A stretch of DNA of 63,916 nucleotides, filler included, from Octopus bimaculoides (Eukaryota), in assembly GCF_001194135.2 (NCBI RefSeq). It is 8 parts of 8 records of this genome, joined end to end, with 100 filler letters (N's around TTAATTAATTAA, not from the genome) between each part and the next. Parts side by side here need not be neighbours in the genome. Positions count along the whole stretch, not along the records: positions 35,625 to 46,035 come from NC_068996.1; positions 46,136 to 48,510 come from NC_068986.1; positions 48,611 to 52,470 come from NC_068983.1; 5 more parts are not named here. One strand, written 5' to 3'. Below, in pieces: positions 36,501-49,633 of the stretch. How positions within the stretch are numbered: position 1 is the first letter of the stretch; every line of letters starts with the position of its first letter. The notes beneath the pieces were generated by a model. The model was not told where the DNA came from and ran no database searches. It saw only the letters and a list, made by a program, of their open reading frames with translations. A program made the position numbers and the translations under genes.

Positions 36501-38619
36501 ATTCTGTACACCTCGGTTAGACTGGTGTTGGTCCTATCTCACTCTGCGCTAAGTAATTGCTTTTTTTTTTATTCGCAAGCTATGACGGACTTTGCATTAA
36601 TATTGCTGCCAATATCTTTGGCTGCCCTTCTATTTCTTTGTACTCTAAATACCGGGAAGCAAGTGTATCGATGGAGATATACCATTCTAATTCAGCCTCC
36701 TTCTGAATTTTACATCAAAAGAAGATAGTCTTCAATCCAGAGAAGAATTTCTCACGTTATGTCACTAGAGGCGTTTAGCGGCCTCTGATTTCAGAGTAAC
36801 TGTAAGTCTCTTATGTACTTTTTATAGGCACTTACAGATACGTATGTTTGTACTTTACACGCTGTTGCAAAGCATAAATACAGTTCAGAAAAAGAGATAA
36901 TGTCTTTCGTGATTTGGTCTTTCACAATGACCAATTCGGGTGAGTTTTCCACCACCAGGGATCATTCGTTTTAATTAATGACGTAATTTATGGTTTCATT
37001 TAATAAACATTCTCTCTCTCTCCCTCCCTCTCTCCCTCCCTCTCTCCGCGTGTCTGTATGTATATTTGTTTGTGTATGTGTGTGTGTATGTGTGTGTGTG
37101 TATGTGTATGCGTGCATGTGAGCATTATTATAAGATGTTGCTATTTACCGTATTATTTAAAACATTCAGTACTGTAGCGAGTGGTACTTTGGTACGAAAA
37201 ACAGGCATACGCTCATATATGACTTTTACTCGATCTATGGAAATCTTACTCCCACACATATAAGACCGGGCTTGTTAAATTGTTACAATACGGACAAACT
37301 AAGAGACCTCATACGTTGTTTTTGTTCATGGCATTCCTTCAATATCACAGTCTGGCAGGTAGCATATCTTTCTTTTATTTTTACATCTATGTCTTTTGTG
37401 GAGCAGTGAACTGTTTCAATTCCAAACTTTACTTCTTATTCGCAACGTTAGCAAAGCTATTTGTGTTGTGCAAATTTCAGCTACTACCACTATTTATATT
37501 TACAATACAAAGTTCATCGTTTGTGCGCGTTTTGTTTATTTTCCAAAGTGTCAATTTTTACGTTTGTATTTGTAATTGCATCTGTTTATCCAGTTGTCGC
37601 TTGCTTTGTGTCTGTTTCTCTTATTTTATTTTCAAAGTCTATGTTTTTATTTTTAACAATTTCCTGCGAAACGTTCTTCGAACATTTGGACCATACACAC
37701 TTTGCAGTCCTTACAAATACACCAGAAGAAAAAAGACCCTATCCTTATTACTTGTACCAAAAAGTTTACAAAAATATAATATATATTACTGAGGTAAACG
37801 CTCCAAGGTTTCAAAATCAAATAATATAAAAGTAAAACTTGGTATTTCATTTATTTCCAGTGTTCCCTTAAAAAAGTGTCTACTTGTGAAAAACAATAAA
37901 AAGAGCAGCAACGATGAAAAGTACAACAGTAACAGCCGTAACAGAAAATGCTCTAAATGAACTTTTTAAACCAGCCATTCTCAACCGCAGCCCCAAGGGC
38001 CGCCTGCGCTATTCAAGCATCCTTCCGGCGGCTTTCGACAGCCTTGCCCCTATAAATATGACTTTTTCTTTAATTGACTTGTGTTTTTGGTGCGGACCTG
38101 AAAAAATCCACGTTTTGTATCTGGCCCGCATATTAAAGCAGTTATGGGAATTTGATGTCCAGAGAGAACAGCTGAATAGTGCAGACAAGATATTATATAT
38201 GACATAAAAAACACAGAGTATTTTGTAACTCAGTGTACAATTTCTTTAGGCAAAAATGTTGGTGAGAAGGAATTGGAAAATATCTCTTCGGAGTATTAGG
38301 TTCAATCGCACTTAATATCATATCACACTCAATGGTTTGAACATACACACACATGCATACACACACATACACACACACACAAACACACGCACGAGCACAC
38401 ACACACACATGCACACACACACATAAACACACGCATTCACACAAGCACACACACACACACACACACACGCATGCACACACGCACATATTGACGATTAGTT
38501 ATGTATGCTCATATGCACTATACGAGAAATGAATTGAATTATGAAATAAATGTGAAATTTGTGCAATTTACTCTAAACATGTTGCCCTCATCAAACATTT
38601 TAACCGATTCTGTACATAA

Positions 38620-39034
38620 GCGCAGGAGTGGCAGTGTGGTAAGTAGCTTGCTTACTAACCACATGTTTCTGGGTTCAGTCCCACTGCGTGGCACCTTGGG
38701 CAAGTATCTTCTACTATAGCTCGGGCCGACCAAAGCCTTATGAATGGATTTGGTAGACGAAACTGAAAGAAGCTCGTCATATATATGTATATATATGTGT
38801 GTGCATGTTTGTGTGTCTGTGTTTGTCCCCTAACATCGATTGACAACCGATGGTGGTGTGTTTACGTCCCCGTAACTTAGCAGTTCGGCAAAAGAGACCT
38901 ATATAATGAGTACTAGGCCCACAAAGAATAAGTCCTGGGGTCGATTTGCTCGACTAAAGGCGGTGCTCCAGCATGGCCGCAGTCAAATGACTGAAACAAG
39001 TTAAAGAGTAAAAGAGTAAAAGAGTAAAAGAGTA
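38620..39034 (+). mobile_element. SINE family A, full-length copy with (GTAAAAGA)n tail
   Basis: Head, CORE-like block, internal (TA)/(TG) tract and 3' block ending atgactgaaacaag(ttaaaga)(gtaaaaga)n. Confidence 0.88.
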
Positions 39035-40469
39035 TTTGTATTTTTATATTGTTCAATAGTATATTCTTGGTTATGATTTATAAGTTGTCTGAATATAATT
39101 GACAGATTCATACCGACAAGCACTTGGCAATATTGGTGACTCTTCAGAAATTCCGGCAGGAAGCGCATAACTTCTTTTATACTGGAAGTAAATATACAGC
39201 TCTCGTTCACTCGGTGATGACAAAAAGCGAAACGAAAAGTTATGAAAAGTTAACATTTACTGGAGTGAAAGAACTACCTTCTATAGAACGATATCATTTT
39301 TGGTCAAAGAGCATCATTTGTAAGGCTTTACATGTTTTCCGTTCTCGAGTCCGAAAAAGGGACAACCACATTTTCAAAACGAATTACCTTTTATGAGGAA
39401 AAGCAACAAATAACTCACTTTTAAAGTTCAAGAATTTTTTAGAATGATTCTTCTGTCGACCGAGCAAAGCGTGCAATATCCTCTTTTAATCACCATGTTA
39501 CACTTGAATAATATTATGAGTAAATCTCTCGTAGATTCTAAAAGTACAGCTGTGGTTATTTAGCCATACTTAAAATGAACTACCGTTGCCCCAACACATT
39601 TCCTTGTTTGTCATTCTCTTGTGTTTCTGCCTGCTTTGTAGACCCAACCTCTGTGTTGCACTGTCCTTTTACTGGGTACTCCCTGTTAAACGTATGTGAG
39701 TATCCTGTATCTGCGCGATACTTTGTGATAACTTTAAGTACTATGGAGTTCGGAAGATGGAAGTGTTATACAGCATGTTGATAAATTGTGGGTCGTATTC
39801 GTTGAGCGGTTGGATGATCCAAAGTGTGCATAGGTGGTAATGGGTTAGGGAGAGGCTCTCTTCGGGAATGGGAAATAGATCAAAGGAGTTTAGGATCTGT
39901 GTACCGACCAGGAATGTATAGAGTGGTTGATACCGTTTGTGATAAAATGCTTATAATAGGAAAAGATTTCATTTCTGCACAAGGAGTGTTACAACCTTCA
40001 AAAAGTTTTAAATATTAAAATTAGGGAGGATGTTTATTTTAGAGACAAGTGAAGTCAGTTATATATATACTCAATCAAGCATGGGACATTGTTAAACAGC
40101 TCCAGGATATTTAGAGATATTCGGAGAGCAGTAGAGATAGGGAAATTTGAATGAAAGAGGAATGTAGGATATGAGCCAGAGTAACGGAGCATTTATTGTA
40201 ATAATCAGACAACAGTGATTATTGGTGGAGAGTGGATTCTGCGCAGAGTACATTCACAGGAAAACTTTGATATAGAATGCTGCCTAAGTAGGTATGTGGT
40301 AGTAATAACGGTTCAGAGATTCATGTCTCAGTGTAAGATAAGTTATGTGACTTACATGCTTGCAAGAGAAGAAAGGTGGGTTCGGAAAGCTGTACAAGTC
40401 ATTTTTATGGCACGAAATGAAGAAATAAAGAAATAAAAGCGAATGAAAAAGAGAAAAAGGACAGAGAGA

Positions 40470-41757
40470 TATTCTTTTCTACTCTAGGCACAATGCCCGA
40501 AATTTTGGTACTTAATTTAACTGGTAGTTAATATATCGCCTCCAAAAGGATGAAAGGCAAAGTCAACCTCGGCGGAATTTGAACTCAGAACGTAAAGACA
40601 TACGAAATATCGCTAAGCATTTCGCCCGGTGTGCTAACGTTTCTTATCTCTTTACTACCCACAAGGGGCCACACACAGAGGGAACAAACAAGGACAGACA
40701 AACGATTAAGTCGATTTTATTGACTCCAGTACGTAACTGGTACTTATTTGATCGACCCCGAAAGGATGAAAGGCAAAGTCGACCTCGGCGAAATTTGAAC
40801 TCAGAACGTAGCAGCAGATGAAATACCGCTAAGCATTTCGTCCGGCGTGCTAACGTTTCTTATTTCTTTAATGCCCACAAGGGGCTAAACATAGAGGGAC
40901 AAACGTGGACAGATAAAGGGATTAAGTCGATTACATTGACCCCAGTGCGTAACTTGTACTTATTTAATCGACTCCGAAAGGATGAAAGGCAAAGTTGACC
41001 TCGGCGGAATTTGAACTCAGAACGTAAAGACAGACGAAATACTGCTAAGCATTTCGCCCAGCGCGCTAACGATTCTGCTAGCTCACCACCTTAGGACAGA
41101 GAGATATAAAGAAAGAAAGAAACAATAATCCTTTCTGCTATGAGCACAAAGCTTGACATTTTGGAGGTGGGGGTTAGTTGATTACATCGACCCCAGTAGT
41201 CAACTGGTACATATTTTATCGAGCCGAAAGGATGAAAGGCAAAGTTAACATCGGTGACATTCAGAACAGACGGACGAAATGCTGCTAAGCTATTTGCCTG
41301 GTGTGCTAACCATTCTCCCATCTCACCACCTTTATTGAGAGACAAAGAATAATGATGTTTTTTTACTATAGACACAAGGCCTGAAATTTTTTCAGTGAGG
41401 GGTTAGTCGATTACATTGACCCTGAAAGGATGAAAGGCAAAGTCGACCTCGGCGGAATTTGAACTCAGAACGTAGCGGCAGATGAAATACCGCTAAGCAT
41501 TTCGCCCGGCGTCCTAACGTTTCTTATTTCTTTATTGCCCACAAGGGGCAACACACAGAGGGTACAAACAAGGACAGACAAACGGATTAAGTCGATTATA
41601 TCGACCCCAGTGCGTAACTGGTACTTATTTAATCGACCCCGAAAGGATTAAAGGCAATGTCGACTTCAGGGGAATTTGAACTCAGAACGTAGCAGCAGAC
41701 GATATGCCGCTAAGCATTTTGCCCGACGTGCTATCGTTTCTGCCAGCTCGCCGCCTT
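40470..41757 (-). mobile_element. SINE family B tandem/nested array, 6 units (trimer + monomer + dimer)
   Basis: Six copies of the block gaaaggatgaaaggcaaagtcgacctcggcggaatttgaactcagaacg with tRNA-like heads (B-box gagttcaaattcc) and two alternative tails. Confidence 0.88.
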
Positions 41758-42121
41758 AAGAGACAAAAAATAATAATAATTAACAGCGACAGAAAAGTAA
41801 CAGAATATTTCTGCAAGTGTTTTGATAACCATGCAACAGGTGTTCAATATAATTATATATAAAAAAGATTAGTTGAATGTATATGTTTGCATGCGTGACT
41901 GTGGGTATGAAGGTGAATGAAGATATAAAAAATAATAAATTACGAACTACATTTTATTGTCAGAAGCTGCCAAATAATGGAGTTGAAAACAAAACGAAAC
42001 AACATAAATGCGTTTAAGATTATGATACTTACTTGAGTACAGTTTACACATACATGCGTATGTAATATATGTTTTCTGTACCTGTTCATGTATGATGGAT
42101 TTTGTAATATATTTACGCAGG

Positions 42122-42953
42122 AAGGCTGCGAGCTGGCAGAAATGTTAGCACGCCGGGCGAAACGCTTAGCGGTATTTCGTCTATCTCTTACGTTCTGAGT
42201 TCAAATTCCGCCTAGGTAGACTTTGCCTTTCATCCTTTCGGGGTTGATAAATTAAGTACCAGTTACGAACTGCGGTCGAATCCCTTTGTCTGTCCTTGTT
42301 TGCCCCCTCTATGTTTAACCTTTTGTGGGCAATAAAGAAATAAGAAACGTTAGCACACCGGGAAAAATGCTTAACGGTATTTCGTCTGCCACTGCGTTCT
42401 GAGTTCAAATTCCGCCGAGGTCGACTTTGCCTTTCATCCTTTCGGGGTCGATAAATTAAGTACCAGTTAAGCACTGGGGTCGATATAATCGACTTAATCC
42501 GTTTGTCTGTCCTTGTTTGTCCCCTCTGTGTGTAGCCCCTTGTGGGCAGTAAAGAAATAGGTATTTTATCTAAGTTCTAAGTTAAAATTCCGCTGAAGTT
42601 GAATTAGCCTTTCATCCTTTTGGGGTCGATAAATTAAGTACCAGTTGCGTACTGAGGTCAATCTAATCGACTGGCCCGCTACCCCAAAATTTGGAGCCTT
42701 GTGCCTAGAGTAGAAAAGAATATTTCACCCGTTCTAAGGCGGTGAGCTGGCAGGAACGTTAGCACGCCAAGCGAAATGTTTAACGGTATTTCATCTGTCT
42801 ATACGTTCTGAGATCAAATTCCGCTGAGGCCGACTTCACCTTTCATCGTTTCGGAGTCGATAAATTAAGTACCAGTTGCATACTGGAGTCGATCTAATCA
42901 ACTGATCCCCTCACCCAAAATTTCGGGCATTGTGCTTAGAGCAGAAAAGATTA
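42122..42953 (+). mobile_element. SINE family B tandem/nested array, 4 units (trimer + monomer)
   Basis: Four copies of ctttcatcctttcggggtcgataaattaagtaccagtt. Heads ggc(g/t)gcgagctggcag at 42122 and about 42738. Confidence 0.88.
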
Positions 42954-43057
42954 TATTTACGCAGTTTCAGGGGTGGTATAGTTGGCGGAAATGTCAGTGT
43001 GTGCCTGTGTAATTATGTGTGTGTGTTATTTACTGAATTCTAATATAGTTCGCATCT

Positions 43058-43271
43058 ACTCTCTTTTACTCTTTTACTTGTTTCAGTCATTTGACTACGG
43101 CCATGCTGAAGCACCGCCTTTTGTCGAGCAAATCGACCTCAGGACTTATTCTTTGTAAGCCTAGTACTTATTCTATTGGTCTCTTTTGCCGAACCGCTAA
43201 GTTACGGGGACGTAAACACAACAGCATTGGTTGTCAAGCGATGGTGGGGGAGGGGGACAAACACACACACA

Positions 43272-43314
<43 letters not shown>

Positions 43315-43476
43315 GACGGGCTTCTTTCAGTTTCCGTCTACCAAATCCACTCATAAGGCTTTGGTTGGCCCGAGGTTATAGTAGAAGATACTTTTCCAAG
43401 GTGCCACGCAGTGGGACTGAACCCGGAACCATGTGGTTGGTAGGCAAGCTACTTACCACACTGCCACACCTGCGCC
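43058..43476 (-). mobile_element. SINE family A, full-length copy
   Basis: Reverse complement of the 38620-39034 element, with a longer internal (TA)n. Confidence 0.88.
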
Positions 43477-43774
43477 TATGAATTTATGTGATGAAATGAT
43501 AGTATATTGATACAAACATTAACGATAAAAAGTAGAAATCGTTTCTCGTGGGTAACCTATCACATTTAAATTTAATTATCATGCATATTAATTACGTAAT
43601 TATGCACATGATAATAGTTTTATTCGATTTAAACAGCTGCAGAGAATAAATTAGGAATCCTATGTAAAATATACGTTTTTTCAGATGTTTGTTTTTCAGA
43701 TGTTTATTTATATATGTGTTTGTGTGTGCGCGTGTTTTCGTAGGCCTGTATGAGTCTGTGTATACATACACACA

Positions 43775-43805
<31 letters not shown>

Positions 43806-44644
43806 GCATGCATATAAATATGTATATATAAATATTGCAAAGTTTCATTGTAAATTAACAACAATAAAATTATAAGCACATACTGTTTTTGCTATGGAGT
43901 ACGGAACAAATACAGAAAATCTCATGGTGGACCGTTTCTCAGTTTCTTGAACGCTATTCAGAGAAAATATATCCAACTTCCTTCTCAGTAAACAGAATAA
44001 ATTAGTTGTAAATTAGGTTTGCTTCGTTGCAGAAAATCTTTGCATATTTGTGCTTTTAATGATTCAGAATAAATTAAGTATTATGTATGTCGACACACAC
44101 AAAGTAAATCTGATGAACTCAAATAATTTAAGTATTGAATATGTATACCGTCACTGACACGCGGTCGGGAGATTGCGTGACGATCGATCAAAATCCTCCC
44201 TATGTATGAAACGGAAAATTGTGTTTGCATTCTTATTTAAACCACACCGAGGTTTCGTAGCATTCAAATGTATTCCTGTTCTTCTGGCTTACAGTGTTCA
44301 TCTGCAAAAACCAGTGATGGTTTAATTAATGACGATCCATCAGAAGAACAAATATGCAAATTAGTCTACCCAGCATGTTATTAGCTTAATTCATGACAGC
44401 TTTATAATCTGCTAACGGATGTTAGAGGGTGGAGGGAAGCTGAATACGTCTTCCTCTAGGAGAGGATCAACAAACTGTATCAATCTGTCAGGAAACTCCT
44501 TCATGTTTCCGCACATCAACAATGCACGAATAACGTATTTACATTTTTATTTATATTTAAACCACACTGAAACTTATAATTGATATTCAAGTATATATGT
44601 ATGTTCTTATTTACGATGTATTGTACTTGTGTTTGTGTGTGTAT

Positions 44645-44993
44645 TCTTTTCTTTTACTTGTTTCAGTCATTTCACTGCGGCCATGCTGAAGCACCGCCTT
44701 TAGTCTACGAATCAACTCCAGAACTATTCTTGAAAGCCGAGTACTTATATCAGTTCTTTTGTCGAACCGCTAGGTTACGGGGCCGTAAACACACTAGCTT
44801 CAGTTCTTAAGAGATGGTGGGTCACATATACGACGGGCTTTTTCTAGTTTCCGTTTACCAAATCCACTCACAAGGCTTTGGTCGACCCGAGGCTATAGCA
44901 GAAGACACTTGCCCAAGGTGCCACGCAGTGGGACTGAAACCCAAACCATGTGGTGGGGAAGAAAACTTCTTACGTCACAGCCATGTCTGCGCC
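44645..44993 (-). mobile_element. SINE family A, diverged copy lacking the internal microsatellite
   Basis: Tail cttttacttgtttcagtcattt...cggccatgctg and head block gcccaaggtgccacgcagtgggactga are both present. Confidence 0.8.
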
Positions 44994-45206
44994 TTAGGTA
45001 TATATATACAAAAAGATCTAAGTGTAGTTTTCCCTTTCACCCTACCGACGAAAAGTTATGCTCAAAATGTCAAACTCTCTCCTTTCCCCAAACGTCACAT
45101 TTCTGGTGCACGTCCTCATGTTCGTTTTTTTTCGCTTTTTAATTTGAATTGTTTATTTATTTGAATTGACCATACATACATACATACATACATACATACA
45201 CTCATG

Positions 45207-45239
<33 letters not shown>

Positions 45240-46079
45240 TCATATGTGTGTATATATGTGATATATGCATGTATATGTATAGAGTGTTTAAAGTGGTGTA
45301 CAGATATTGTATATTAAGAAAAAGGAGGAGGCAAGAATTCTTTATTAGCGCTTTTGCTTATTTAACCAAACTCTTCAAGATAATAAAACCCAAATGGAAT
45401 TATGAGCTTCAAGTGAATTATGATCTTCAACCCGAGTACAAAGAAATAAGAGACCAGATTAAGGTAGAAGCCATGGCCACCCATAATAAAAAGGAGTACT
45501 GGGGAATGTCCCAGTTGAAATCTCAATAAATGCAAACATAATAGAGCTGGCATAGCAATTTGTGATAGAGAAGAGAAACTGTGTTGTGGACATCAGCTGC
45601 CCAGCGGATGTTAACATAGTTTTAAATCATGTACATTGTTTTGTCTTGGTATAAAAAGATGGGCTACAGAAAGTATTCTACTCAGTACCAGATTTGCCTG
45701 TCAGTTGTTTGACCTTAACCAGTCGAGCATGTCCCTTGGTGGCTGACGATATGTGCATCTCTGATCATGAGTAGAAGTAGTGGGGGAACATCATAGCCAT
45801 GTGTTGAGAGGAATTCTCTGGGGTTTGGATAATTCAGCTTTGGAAACATGGGTGTTTCGTTCATCGTCCTCAAACAACCCTTATTCAAGGACCTTTTGAG
45901 TGGGATGGGCTACTCAACCTGAAGAAAATTCTAACTGGGCCCCACCTGCGAGGTCATGCGCTGTTTATCTTGATATGAGATCCCCATGTCGTGCACATAT
46001 GGTTGTGATGCATGTGCCTGGTATACCCTTATCGGNNNNNNNNNNNNNNNNNNNNNNNNNNNNNNNNNNNNNNNNNNNN

Positions 46080-46091
46080 TTAATTAATTAA
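46080..46091. other. Artificial contig-join linker TTAATTAATTAA
   Basis: 44 N + 12 nt + 44 N. Confidence 0.95.
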
Positions 46092-46194
46092 NNNNNNNNN
46101 NNNNNNNNNNNNNNNNNNNNNNNNNNNNNNNNNNNTATATATATATACAAGTACATACATATTTACACATATATATACACACACATATATATGC

Positions 46195-46269
<75 letters not shown>

Positions 46270-47381
46270 CTCTTTATCTAATTCTTTCCATTCTTCTTTC
46301 CCATCTCTCTACTTTTCTTAGTTTCCGGTAAACCTTTCAATTCTCAATAATCACGTGGTTTTATCTGACGATATTGCCGGTTGACTACTGCATACTACGT
46401 TTTTGTTCTAAATATTGCAATATATATATATGACCTCCAGAGGTCGTAGCAGACTCATAATGCTGAAGATATTCTTCAGTGTTCGGTCTTTGTAGCGTTG
46501 AGTAGATGCATAATAAAGCGCCTTCCTGAATAAGGATTCAGTGTGCTCCAAATAATATACTGCGCGATCTACTTGTTAGCCCTAATGTCTAACCAAAATG
46601 AAAAAGTGTCCCATAAAACAAATATATCATACCAGTGATTGAACTCACAACGTGCAAGCCCGTAGTCTATATTGTTCTATATCGGGCCCTTTTATTATTT
46701 TTTTTTTTTTAATTTTTACCCATGACATTTTACAAGACTTCTGGGATTACTTGGAATACATGTGTGAGAGATCTTCAGCCCAGTGATATGTTCAGACCCC
46801 CGAATACTTGCCGTTATGTGACCCCCTACTAAGGACATCCATAATGATAAGCGGTGGTGTTAGTCTTAATATCCAAATGTTATGATTTTTAGTTTTCAGT
46901 TTTACTTCTGTAATTTCTGAAGCTATTTACTTCCAAGTTTCGCCTGAATGAAGAAATATTTGATCAATGAAATGGGACTTGTGATCATCCAGTCCTGTTG
47001 TACCAAGGACTATATTATTCAATGTGTCCTTTGCCTAAAGAACAGGATTTTATTTCATAAAGATTCGGTTGTCATACACTACATAGATCCCTTCTCCCGC
47101 CGTTGTCCAGAGATAATACTTTCTTGTAATCCATGCGCTTCCTTACAGCTGAAGTATATATTCTACATTTGTATACTATATTTTTATTCAGCACTTATGC
47201 TCTACACTTACAAACTTTAGCTTTCCTAATTTCATTCATTTTTTGCATACTCATTTCCTCAAGTATATTTTCCCACTCGTCTTTTAAATAGTCCGCCGCC
47301 TCTTTTATTTCTTAGCACACATTCTCCTTCTCATCACTTTAATAAAAATCAACATCATTATTCCTTTATTTGTCATAGACT

Positions 47382-47462
47382 CTACTACTACTACTACTAC
47401 AACTACTACTACCTAAGCTACTGCTGCTGCTGCTGCTGCTACTACTACTGCTACTACTACTG

Positions 47463-47515
<53 letters not shown>
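47382..47515. repeat. (TAC)n/(TGC)n microsatellite
   Basis: Directly visible. Confidence 0.95.
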
Positions 47516-47517
<2 letters not shown>

Positions 47518-47753
47518 ATCTTTTTCTTTTTATAGTCATCGTCTCCTCTATCCCGTCCATACTAATAGCCATACAGGAATGTATACATGTACAAAGACAC
47601 AAATCCACAACATATATATGTTTGCATAGATATACATACAGACAAATGTATACATACACACATACACATTCACTCAAATATGCACAAGGGTCTATTTATA
47701 TATATACGTACATATTTATATATATGTGTGAATATATACATATATACGCACAC

Positions 47754-47861
<108 letters not shown>

Positions 47862-47862
47862 G

Positions 47863-47914
<52 letters not shown>

Positions 47915-48554
47915 GAGAGAGAATGACACAAAAATAGATACATACATACATACATACATACATACATACATACATACATAGACATATATATGTGTTCGTG
48001 TGTGTGTGTGTATGTCTGTGCGTGTATGCATATACATATACATATATAATACACGTCTGCCTATCTATATATATATTTATGTGCACTACGTTTTCTTAAT
48101 ATTAAATTTTCTTGCCAGCTTTTTATATTCTGTTGAGTGTGTGACTGGTGTTTTCTAAATAGCCTCTTCAAAAAACGTATCACCATTAAACCTACTTAAT
48201 GATAACAAGGATGGAGATGAAATCTGGTTCAGCAAAATGGCGACGTGATAAGAGATATATATGAAAAAAAAAAAAATGGCGTTTGCTGTATGGGTCGGAG
48301 TTATGTTGGAGGGCAATGGTGCGGATGGGATGTTTAAGGGTGTTGAAGAGTGAAAGTATGTGTGGCGTTGGAGTGTAAAACCGGGAGATCCGAATTAGTT
48401 GATGAGATCGACCGATACACACACGCGTGCGCGCATGCACGCACATATAGATGTACGTATGTATTTATATCTATATATTCATATGTATATATGTACATAT
48501 ATATATATATNNNNNNNNNNNNNNNNNNNNNNNNNNNNNNNNNNNNNNNNNNNN

Positions 48555-48566
48555 TTAATTAATTAA
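48555..48566. other. Artificial contig-join linker TTAATTAATTAA
   Basis: 44 N + 12 nt + 44 N. Confidence 0.95.
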
Positions 48567-48989
48567 NNNNNNNNNNNNNNNNNNNNNNNNNNNNNNNNNN
48601 NNNNNNNNNNCTCTCTCTCTCTCTCTCCCTTCACGCGCATACGCACAGATTTGACTTCGCCATGTCAACAAACTTCAAAATTCGTAAAAGTTTATCGATT
48701 TTTACAGCTATACGTGGGTGCCTCTGAGAGAAAAAATTGGCCAAAATGCACATAAGGTCATTCCGAATCTCTTCCTAAAATTGGAGCGACATGCGTGCTA
48801 ATTTGTGGACGTGCATAAACTACATTCACGTACACACACACACGAACATCGTCTGTTTTATAGATATAGATATATATACAAGAATTCATCGAACGTCATT
48901 TTTTTAAAGACGGTGAAGTGTAATTTGAGAAAGATTTTGTGGGTCGAGCGATCACACAGAGACTTCTTCTTTGACTTATAACTATATGA

Positions 48990-49108
48990 GGTTTACAACA
49001 CCTAGGCTTCCCAAGCAATTAACAATGTAAATGCTATGCAGGTTCGGCGTTGCTTAACTTCGGTCACCGGACAGGAGCCCATGCTTTCAGCGAGATATGT
49101 CCAGTTGT
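48990..49108 (-). pseudogene. 5S rRNA pseudogene (full-length, diverged)
   Basis: Minus strand ...catatctcgctgaaagcatgggctcctgtccggtgaccgaagttaagcaacgccgaacctg...cttgggaagcctaggtgttgtaaac aligns end to end with metazoan 5S as recalled (roughly 70-75% by eye). Box A is intact, box C is degenerate and there is no T-run terminator. Confidence 0.75.
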
Positions 49109-49420
49109 TGATATTGTAAATGCTTTCTTTTACCAATTGAAACCAGTTTACTTCTGACAGTAGAGCACGATTACCACAACTTGATGTTTACCTTTACTCA
49201 AAGCAGGGCGGTTAATTCAAGTGAAAATGACATTAACTACAATTATGCCCATGGCACAGAGCTTAGAGAGTTAGTTCTAGCTTTGTCCCTTCATATTTCT
49301 ATTTTCGAATCCTTCATTTTTGTTTTTCTAAAAGTGAAACTATAAGAACGAATATTAAAGTGAATCCTGTCTTTAATAATAAAATTAAAAAAAAAAAACC
49401 AAAAAACAAAAAACAACTTC

Positions 49421-49633
49421 CTATTCTGTTAGTGCTATTTTGGGATTGAACGTGGATATTTCCGTTTTGAAACTAAATTTTACTGGTGTTAATATTTCTG
49501 GATTAACCTCAACATTTCTAAAGAAGTCTTCCATAGGAGCAAGATTTCTAGAATAAGCATTCTCTGAGAGGTCATGGATGTACCACTCAAAGAATGGTAT
49601 TGCTGGAGGGGATAAAACTGTTGATGGCATTAC
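49421..49633 (-). CDS. Candidate terminal exon of an unidentified gene (VMPSTVLSPPAIPFFEWYIHDL...IALTE*)
   Basis: Acceptor ctaatcag|G, 70 open codons with protein-like composition, then a U-rich downstream region. No recognisable homology. Confidence 0.35.
   Translation of the reverse strand, partial: VMPSTVLSPPAIPFFEWYIHDLSENAYSRNLAPMEDFFRNVEVNPEILTPVKFSFKTEISTFNPKIALTE

Noticed and set aside
37280-37830. Overlapping 122-170-aa ORFs and a decayed coiled-coil-like minus frame
   Set aside because: Low-complexity T-rich composition, multiple stops in the protein-like frame and no splice or family support.
39560-40300. Possible LINE APE-endonuclease fossil on the minus strand
   Set aside because: Only faint motif echoes (YCSPN, DLF) amid many stops; not supportable by eye.
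40470-42953. CRISPR-like regular repetition (also the 6301-6900 array)
   Set aside because: Units are ~200-nt SINEs or abutting 16-mers without unique spacers; there are no cas genes and the context is eukaryotic.
45590-46035. Probable interspersed repeat (GC-richer island)
   Set aside because: Single copy in the window with no diagnostic motif; cannot be classified.
46700-47200. Possible RLE-type LINE C-terminal fossil on the minus strand
   Set aside because: Similarity is too weak without an HMM search.
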